Positions 38,536-45,183 of a stretch of 45,183 nt of DNA are shown piece after piece. How positions within the stretch are numbered: the first letter of the stretch is position 1; each line of letters begins with the position of its first letter. A program made the translations under genes and the position numbers. This DNA is from a candidate division WOR-3 bacterium (GTDB taxonomy: Bacteria; Hydrothermota; Tepidihabitantia; Tepidihabitantales; JAOUPE01): the NCBI GenBank assembly GCA_039801565.1, contig JBDRUX010000008.1:1-45183 (forward strand), in the 5' to 3' direction. The notes below the pieces were generated by a model. The model ran no database searches, was not told the origin of the DNA, and was given only the letters and a program-made list of their open reading frames with translations.

Positions 38536-40094
38536 TTAAACCAATTGGTATCTTAGGGGAAAGCCTAAGTTGGCAACAGATATTAGACCAAGAGCGAGTC
38601 AATTATCAATCGGTTACCGAACTGACAAACTTAAATCGGTTCGGAGTCATCATCCTTATTCGTAACTTAACGCCCCAAGAAGGTTTGGCGGTCCAAAACT
38701 ATCTTGATTCCGGTGGCGGAATCCTTGCTGATTTTATAATGCTCAAAAGTCTGTTGGCTGACTTTCGTTTTCACCAAAGTCACAAGTTTCGCTATATCAC
38801 ACCGGCTTCGGATGAACTTTTTTATAATGTTGGTTTAACCGATATTGGACAAAGTGGCTTTATTCCTGTTGGTTTTAAGCAACCAGCAATTTATACAAAA
38901 TCTTATGGAGCCGGTAAAATCATTGCCCTACCTTTCGACCTTGATTTAGCATTAACAAAGGTTAATTCGCGGCCCAAGTTTTTCTTTGCCCCAACTACCA
39001 AATTGCCTTACGAAACGGTCGCTTGCGTTAGTAAAGGCGAAATCCGGAAGTTAGTAATCAATTGCCTCAAGTCACTTCTTTTTGCCCAAAGTTGTTACTA
39101 TGCTCATCTCTGGTATTATCCCAATAGCTTTCGGTCAATTTTTGCTTTTCGGGTTGACACCGATTTCTCGCCTTGGCGACAAATCGAAGCGGTTTTTAAA
39201 CTCGCCCAAGAAAATAAAATGAATTTTACCTGGTTTATCAATACTAAAGCTCAAGAAGGGGATTTAGCCAAATTCATAAAATTAAAAGAAGCCGGGGAAG
39301 ACCTGCAACTTCATTGTTATAAGCATAATGTTTTTACTGATTATTCGCTCAATTATACCAATATTGAGAAAGGTAAAAATTTATTAAAAGCTGTGGGCAT
39401 TGAACCAATTGGTTTTGCTGGACCATTTGGCGAATGGAATAAAAGTTTAGCCGATGCCTTGGCAGCGCTTGGTTTTCAATTTTCTTCCGAGTTTGCACTC
39501 AATTATGATGATTTGCCGTTTTATCCGATTGTAGGAAGCGAAAAGTCAACGACCCTCCAAATTCCTATCCATCCGATTGGTGTCGGTCGTTTGTTGCAAG
39601 CCGGCTTTGACTCCAATCAAATCTTCATCTATTTTAAACGATATATTGAGTTAAATTACCAGATGCGTGAGCCAATAATGATTTACGACCATCCCCATCG
39701 GATAACCCAAATGCTTCAAGTCTTCGACACCCTTTTAAAATGGGTAAAGTCAAAAAAAGACATTTGGTTTACTAACTTCGTCTCCTTTATGCGATGGTGG
39801 CAACAGCGGGAATCGGTTAATTATAATGCAACTATTGTGAATGGTCAATTGCAGATTGAAACGAATAATGTAAATTTAGACCTGATGCTTCATCTTATTA
39901 GTCCGGGTGGCGAAGAGACTTTTGTTCCCCTAAAAAGCGGCGTATATCCTCTTGACCAGTTAAGTTGGAATAAACTGCCCGAACCAATCCTATTCGGTAA
40001 AGAAATTTTACGGACCCAGCAAGGTGAATTTATCTTACCAGTTAAGGAATTTATCATTACTCTTAACCGAAGAATTAAAGGCCAACGGTCGTGA
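38532..40094 (+). CDS. Polysaccharide deacetylase-like protein
   Basis: FRVDTD, QLHCYKH, GFAGPFG, YDHP motifs of the NodB/CE4-like fold. Confidence 0.7.
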   Translation: MIKPIGILGESLSWQQILDQERVNYQSVTELTNLNRFGVIILIRNLTPQEGLAVQNYLDSGGGILADFIMLKSLLADFRFHQSHKFRYITPASDELFYNVGLTDIGQSGFIPVGFKQPAIYTKSYGAGKIIALPFDLDLALTKVNSRPKFFFAPTTKLPYETVACVSKGEIRKLVINCLKSLLFAQSCYYAHLWYYPNSFRSIFAFRVDTDFSPWRQIEAVFKLAQENKMNFTWFINTKAQEGDLAKFIKLKEAGEDLQLHCYKHNVFTDYSLNYTNIEKGKNLLKAVGIEPIGFAGPFGEWNKSLADALAALGFQFSSEFALNYDDLPFYPIVGSEKSTTLQIPIHPIGVGRLLQAGFDSNQIFIYFKRYIELNYQMREPIMIYDHPHRITQMLQVFDTLLKWVKSKKDIWFTNFVSFMRWWQQRESVNYNATIVNGQLQIETNNVNLDLMLHLISPGGEETFVPLKSGVYPLDQLSWNKLPEPILFGKEILRTQQGEFILPVKEFIITLNRRIKGQRS

Positions 40095-41131
40095 ATAAAA
40101 AAATTCTCTTTGGTAGTTTTTCGGCAATTTCAGTTCTTGGAGGCGGTGTAAAAGTCCAGATGGCAAGTTTAGCCAGCGCCTTAAAAAGATTAAACTACGA
40201 GGTCGAATTTTTTAATCCGGCTATGGAGTACAATCTTAAAGAGTATAGTCTATTTCATCTCTTCGCTGCCCATCTTGGCACTTATCATCTCGGTCGGGCA
40301 TTGCACAGTTTGGCTGTAAAAATGGTGGTAACCCCGGTATTTTTTAGCCGACGCAGTCCGATGCAGCTTTACTTGCTCATTAAGTTGGCTAACACTTTAA
40401 GGCAATTGGGGGGCATCTGGACCGAACATATCTTCACCCAGGAACTATGTGAAATGGCAACTTTGGTGACGCCAAATACAAAACAAGAAGCTAGCCTGTT
40501 AATAAAAGGACTCGGTATTGAGAGCAAAAAGATAAAAATCTTGCCCAATGGTGTTGATGACCGATTTTATAATGCCGACCCGAAACCTTTTATTGAAAAA
40601 TATCAGCTAAAGGATTTTATCCTCTATGTTGGCCATATTGGCTACAAAAGGAAAAATCTCCTTACTTTAATTCAAGCTTTGACAGAAATTAATCACCCTG
40701 CGGTATTGATTGGACCGGTTCTCGAAACCGATTACGGAAGAATTTGTTTGAAAACGGCACAGCAAAATAAAAATATCCGGATTATTTCCGGTTTGCCTTC
40801 CGATTCGGCGCTATTAGCTTCGGCTTATGCGGCTTGCGATGTCTTTGTATTACCTTCTTTTTATGAAACACCCGGTTTAGCCGCTTTAGAAGCGGGTTTG
40901 GCGGGCGCAAAAATCGTTATTACCAAATATGGTGGGACTGACGAATACTTCGGTCATTATGCGGAATATATCGAACCAAGGAGCATTCAGTCAATTCGTC
41001 AAGGCATAATCAAAGCATTGAACAAGAAAAAAGACCATTCTTTAACCGAACACATTCGAGCTAATTTTCTTTGGGAAAAATCTGCCCAAAAATTGAGCGA
41101 AATCTATCAAGCTGTCTGCGGTGGTGGATAA
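40091..41131 (+). CDS. Glycosyltransferase family 4
   Basis: PNGVD, LYVGHI..KRKN, DVFVLPSFYETPGLAALEA. Confidence 0.9.
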   Translation: MNKKILFGSFSAISVLGGGVKVQMASLASALKRLNYEVEFFNPAMEYNLKEYSLFHLFAAHLGTYHLGRALHSLAVKMVVTPVFFSRRSPMQLYLLIKLANTLRQLGGIWTEHIFTQELCEMATLVTPNTKQEASLLIKGLGIESKKIKILPNGVDDRFYNADPKPFIEKYQLKDFILYVGHIGYKRKNLLTLIQALTEINHPAVLIGPVLETDYGRICLKTAQQNKNIRIISGLPSDSALLASAYAACDVFVLPSFYETPGLAALEAGLAGAKIVITKYGGTDEYFGHYAEYIEPRSIQSIRQGIIKALNKKKDHSLTEHIRANFLWEKSAQKLSEIYQAVCGGG

Positions 41132-41207
41132 AAAAGTTGACAACGCTATTTTATTATTTATTATTAGAAAAGCGGGGTCTTTAATAAACTACCAGAAAGG
41201 AGATAAA

Positions 41208-42896
41208 ATGTTCAAAGGCAAATTGTTATTTATCATTGCGATTCTCTTTAGTGGAATTCTCTTTGCGCAAGGAAACGTTTTAATCACAACAATGGAAAAA
41301 GAACTCAAGCGTTCGTTCACTGGATTAAAAAATGCTGGGAAGGAGCCGCTTTACTTTTTGCAATATGAAATCATTGACGAAGAAGAAATCAATATCGCTG
41401 CCTTTAATGGTGCAATCCAGACCCAGGAACATAATCGAAATCGCTATCTCACGGTTGATGTTCGCGTGGGAAATTATAAATTAGATAACACCCATCAACT
41501 TCGGGGACAATCCGGATTTGCCGGTTTTGAATTCTATGCCCCATCTTATGAGCAAATCCCATTAGAAGACGATGAATTCTCAATTCGTGAAGTGCTTTGG
41601 AAAAAGACCGATGAGGAGTTCAAAAAAGCCCAGGAAAGGCTTATGAAAGTAAAAGCCGAAAAAACCACCAAGGTTACCGAAAGTGACACCTCACCCGACT
41701 TCTCAAAAGCCGAACCCCAGATTGAGTTAGGAACTGAAGCAAAATTAGCAATTGATACCGTAAACTGGGCAAAACGATTAAAGGAGTTGTCAAAAATCTT
41801 CAAGGAATACCCTTGGCTTTATTCTTCTAACATGAGTTTAACTGCCCGGGCAATCACCAAATATTTGGTCAATACCGATGGCACAAAGATTATTGAACCC
41901 AAAACTAATTATTTAGTTCGAGTTTCGGCAGCAACCAAAGCCGAAGATGGTATGCGACTCTCGCTCTATCGTCATTTCTATTCCCACTCACCCAATGGAC
42001 TCCCTACTGACGACGCAATTAAATCAAAAATCGATGAATTGATTAAAGGCTTAGCCGATTTAAGGCAAGCACCATTGGTTGATCCTTACAGCGGACCGGC
42101 GATCTTAAAGAATGTCGCGGCTGGTGTCTTCTTCCATGAGATATTTGGACACCGTATCGAGGGCCATCGCCAGAAATTGGAAAGGGAGGGCCAGACCTTT
42201 AAGGATAAAGTTGGCACTAAAATTCTACCTGATTTTATCTCAATCTACGATGACCCAACGCTGTCACAATTTGGTGAAAAAGACTTAAATGGCTATTATC
42301 GTTACGATAACGAAGGAGTGAAAGCACAAAGGGTGCCAATTGTGGAAAATGGTGTATTAAAAAATTTCTTAACTACCCGTTCCCCGATTGAAAATTTTCC
42401 TAAGTCAAACGGTCACGGTCGAAGGCAGTATGGCTACAAAGTCGTTGCCCGGCAAGGCAATTTAATCATTGAATCGAAAAATCAGGTTCCTTATGACAGT
42501 TTGCGCCAACTGTTAATTGCAGAATGTAAAAGGCAGAATAAGCCGTATGGATTAATCTTTGAAGATATTGCTGGTGGTTTCACAATGACCGGTCGGGGTG
42601 GCTTGCAGGCATTTAATGTCACCCCACTATTAGTGAAAAGAGTCTACACCGACGGTCGAGAAGAAGTGGTGCGGGGAGTTAATATTGTTGGCACACCATT
42701 GATTGCCTTTTCTAAGATTTTAGCCACCGGTGACGACCCAGATGTTTTTAATGGTAGTTGCGGGGCAGAATCCGGAATGATTCCGGTTTCAGCAGTTTCA
42801 CCTTCGATTCTAACTGCTGAGATGGAAGTCGAAAAGAAAGCCAAAGAACAAGAGAAACTCCCAATTTTGCCTGCACCGATTGGAGGTAAGAAATGA
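41208..42896 (+). CDS. Exported TldD-like metalloprotease (catalytic subunit)
   Basis: Start at ATG 41208 after AAGGAG; signal peptide ending LFA; FFHEIFGH, DDPT, YDNEGV, SNGHGR, GSCGAESG. Confidence 0.85.
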   Translation: MFKGKLLFIIAILFSGILFAQGNVLITTMEKELKRSFTGLKNAGKEPLYFLQYEIIDEEEINIAAFNGAIQTQEHNRNRYLTVDVRVGNYKLDNTHQLRGQSGFAGFEFYAPSYEQIPLEDDEFSIREVLWKKTDEEFKKAQERLMKVKAEKTTKVTESDTSPDFSKAEPQIELGTEAKLAIDTVNWAKRLKELSKIFKEYPWLYSSNMSLTARAITKYLVNTDGTKIIEPKTNYLVRVSAATKAEDGMRLSLYRHFYSHSPNGLPTDDAIKSKIDELIKGLADLRQAPLVDPYSGPAILKNVAAGVFFHEIFGHRIEGHRQKLEREGQTFKDKVGTKILPDFISIYDDPTLSQFGEKDLNGYYRYDNEGVKAQRVPIVENGVLKNFLTTRSPIENFPKSNGHGRRQYGYKVVARQGNLIIESKNQVPYDSLRQLLIAECKRQNKPYGLIFEDIAGGFTMTGRGGLQAFNVTPLLVKRVYTDGREEVVRGVNIVGTPLIAFSKILATGDDPDVFNGSCGAESGMIPVSAVSPSILTAEMEVEKKAKEQEKLPILPAPIGGKK

Positions 42897-44689
42897 ATAG
42901 ACAAATTGCTTATGGGAAAAAAGAAGTTAAGCATAAAATTATCGAGAGATTTGGAATAGGAATATTCCTTTCGGTACTATTGCTACCGATGCTTTATGCT
43001 GAGGAATCGCCAATTTTACGAGCAATGCAGGATGAATTGCAGAGGACCGTGAAAAATCTGAAATTAGAAAAAGAGAAACCGCCCTATTATGTCGCCTACC
43101 GAATTGATGACATAACCGATATAACAATCGTCGCCCGTTTCGGGGCAATTGTTGAGGATAACTCCGAACACAATCGAAATCTCTATGTTGATTTAAGGGT
43201 CGGTAACTATAATTTTGACAATTCTAATTTCGTTCCGAGTAGTGGTTATGAATTCCGTTTCGGCTCGATGGAAAATGCTACAAGATTACCTTTAGAAGAT
43301 GACTACGATGCCATCCGGCAAAAGATTTGGCTTGCCACGGATGCTGCTTACAAAGAGGCAATAGATCTCCTTGCTAAGAAGAAGTCGGTAGTCGAACATA
43401 AGGCATTGTCGGAGACTATCCCGGATTTTACTCAAATAACTCCATATCAAGAAATCGAGGAAATCAAAAGAATAAAGATTGATTGCGATTGCTGGCGGAA
43501 AAGCGTCAAAGAAATCTCTAATCTATTCCGCAATTATCCAAAAATTCAGACCTCAAGAGTGATATTTCGGGCTTTGAGTCTTACCCGTTATTTTATTGAT
43601 TCTGAAGGAAATAAACAGGTGACAAATAACTCGCTCACTTATGTTGAGGCTTATGCCAATACTCAAAACAAAGCTGGTGCCAATTTGGCTGATTTTGTTG
43701 GTTTCTATGCCCACAACCCCGAAGAGCTACCTAAACTTAATGCGATTATCGAAAAGGTAAAAGCGATGGCAGAGACCTTATCCCTTTACACCGAAGTCAA
43801 AGAAGAAAAAGAGTACACCGGACCAGTCCTTTTTCTTGCCCCTGCTTCTGGTCAATTGTTTTATCAAATCTTAGGTAAAGGAGTTTCGGATACCCGAAGG
43901 CCTTTATACGAACAAGAAGAAATGGAAAAGGTTCTGGAAGAGAATACCGGTTTTCTGGCTGGTAGACTTAACAAATCAATTTTACCGGATTATTTTACCG
44001 TTTATGATGACCCGACAATCACCAATTACGAGGATAAGCCATTAATTGGCAATTACAGTTTTGACGACCAAGGAGTTAAGCCCGAGCGAATTGAATTGGT
44101 CAAAAATGGCAAACTGGTCACCTTGCCAATGAGTCGTAAACCGATAAAAGAGATTAAAAAATCGAACGGGCACGGCCGATTCTATAACCGAATGGTTAGG
44201 AATTATATTAGCAATTTAATTGTCCAAAGTGAGAAGACTAGTGACGATTTAGAAAAAGAGTTGATAAGGTTATGTCAAGAGAACGGTCTCGAATACGGCA
44301 TTGTGGTAACAAAACTTTTGCCATCACTGCCCAAAACGGCCGAAGAGTTAGAAGAAGAGATTTATTCCTATTTTACCGGTGGCAGACCAGAAGCACCGAT
44401 GCTTAATCCAACATTTGTCGCCTATAAACTTTATCCTGATGGCCACAAGGAACTGATTAAAAGTTTAAAGTTTGAAGGAATTACCCCGCAAATATTAAAA
44501 GATATCGTCGCGGTCGGCAAAGAGATGAATGTCTATAATACCTTAATTCGGGAGCGCTTTGGCGGTGATGCTTACTTACCAATTTCAGTGGTTGCGCCCT
44601 CGGTAATTATTAGCAAAATGACATTAACCAGTAAAGAGGAGAAGACCAAAAAACAACCCTACCTATCCCATCCCTATTTTGGGAAATAA
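42893..44689 (+). CDS. Exported PmbA/TldE-like partner subunit
   Basis: Same fold motifs (DDPT, FDDQGV, SNGHGR) without HExxH; hydrophobic signal-like N-terminus; ATGA overlap. Confidence 0.8.
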   Translation: MNRQIAYGKKEVKHKIIERFGIGIFLSVLLLPMLYAEESPILRAMQDELQRTVKNLKLEKEKPPYYVAYRIDDITDITIVARFGAIVEDNSEHNRNLYVDLRVGNYNFDNSNFVPSSGYEFRFGSMENATRLPLEDDYDAIRQKIWLATDAAYKEAIDLLAKKKSVVEHKALSETIPDFTQITPYQEIEEIKRIKIDCDCWRKSVKEISNLFRNYPKIQTSRVIFRALSLTRYFIDSEGNKQVTNNSLTYVEAYANTQNKAGANLADFVGFYAHNPEELPKLNAIIEKVKAMAETLSLYTEVKEEKEYTGPVLFLAPASGQLFYQILGKGVSDTRRPLYEQEEMEKVLEENTGFLAGRLNKSILPDYFTVYDDPTITNYEDKPLIGNYSFDDQGVKPERIELVKNGKLVTLPMSRKPIKEIKKSNGHGRFYNRMVRNYISNLIVQSEKTSDDLEKELIRLCQENGLEYGIVVTKLLPSLPKTAEELEEEIYSYFTGGRPEAPMLNPTFVAYKLYPDGHKELIKSLKFEGITPQILKDIVAVGKEMNVYNTLIRERFGGDAYLPISVVAPSVIISKMTLTSKEEKTKKQPYLSHPYFGK

Positions 44690-44741
44690 ATAATATCGGA
44701 GTTTAGGAAAAAATGCAAACCGACAAAGAATTCGCGGAATC

Positions 44742-44786
44742 AATTCAGCAAGTCGCCGATAAACTTGTCGGCTCGGTTGCTGAATT
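44742..44786. other. Long imperfect inverted repeat
   Basis: AATTCAGCAA...TTGCTGAATT enclosing GCCGATAA-AC-TTGTCGGC. Confidence 0.6.
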
Positions 44787-44899
44787 ATAATGAACTAAGA
44801 ATGAAATAGGAGTTGCAATATCAGAGAGAGCCAGGCCATAAATAATTTATAATTCGACGGTCTGGTCTTTCTTGACGATAAAAGAAAGGAGACGAGACG

Positions 44900-45121
44900 A
44901 TGCCTTGTAATTCTTGTAATTATAGTAATGAATGTAATGAATGTAATGCTCATCGCAATTATACTGAAGGCTCGTTTGAAAAATGTGGTTTGTATTGCTT
45001 CCTTAAAACTATTGATGAAGAACTTAAAACTCACTCCAACGAAAAGGAATTAATTAATACATTGCGAAATGATTATTTGAATGCATGGAGGTCCTGTCCC
45101 GATATTCGTGGAAATTCTTAA
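44900..45121 (+). CDS. Small cysteine-rich hypothetical protein
   Basis: 73 aa with AAAGGAG SD; CNSC...CNEC...C...C...C. Confidence 0.55.
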   Translation: MPCNSCNYSNECNECNAHRNYTEGSFEKCGLYCFLKTIDEELKTHSNEKELINTLRNDYLNAWRSCPDIRGNS

Positions 45122-45137
45122 CTTTGCCATTGTTGAC

Positions 45138-45165
45138 ATTATAATCATTTAAGCCACCTTGTCAA
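45138..45165 (-). promoter_or_regulatory. Consensus sigma70 promoter on the minus strand
   Basis: TGTCAA at 45160-45165 and ATTATA at 45138-45143 read as TTGACA-16-TATAAT. Confidence 0.7.
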
Positions 45166-45183
45166 TAGTTTTATTGACTACCT

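Noticed and set aside
1014..43148. Numerous antisense or nested ORFs in the track (e.g. 1014-1424, 3813-4382, 15642-16157, 21313-21693, 42644-42934)
   Set aside because: They overlap well-supported genes on the other strand or frame and show no recognisable motifs
44742..44786. Integron attC site
   Set aside because: Lacks the RYYYAAC...GTTRRRY ends, and no integrase or cassette array is visible

Overview
AT-rich bacterial chromosomal segment. T9SS/FlgD-type C-terminal domains, a PorX-like regulator and the EF-Tu variant suggest an FCB-related lineage such as candidate phylum WOR-3 (inference only). The core is a housekeeping cluster: tRNA-Thr, tuf, rpmG, tRNA-Trp, secE, nusG, rplKAJL, rpoBC, rpsL and rpsG, with no fusA after rpsG. 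To its left lie a RelE/Phd toxin-antitoxin pair between two copies of a small membrane-protein gene, an AmmeMemoRadiSam enzyme, ApbE, a PorY/PorX-like two-component pair, tRNA-Glu, a HIT protein, a PhaR-like regulator with a radical SAM enzyme, an ARPP-1/TonB pair, a DOMON-like protein and a HEAT-repeat protein. To its right lie a secreted DUF4091 protein, PilT, an HDAC-radical SAM-glycosyltransferase/flippase cluster, an exported TldD/PmbA pair and a small Cys-rich ORF. The most unusual signal is an unannotated ~310-500 bp intergenic element present twice in opposite orientations (~10.0-10.46 kb and ~28.7-29.2 kb). It consists of a GC-rich degenerate 12-bp array with conserved AT-rich flanks and a hairpin at an equivalent position; one copy sits where fusA is missing. 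Also notable are a recurring 17-nt hairpin at rearrangement junctions, a consistent 16-bp promoter spacer with leaderless genes, a palindromic operator for the PhaR-like gene, and a perfect antisense promoter facing the Cys-rich ORF. All calls come from reading the sequence; no searches were run.
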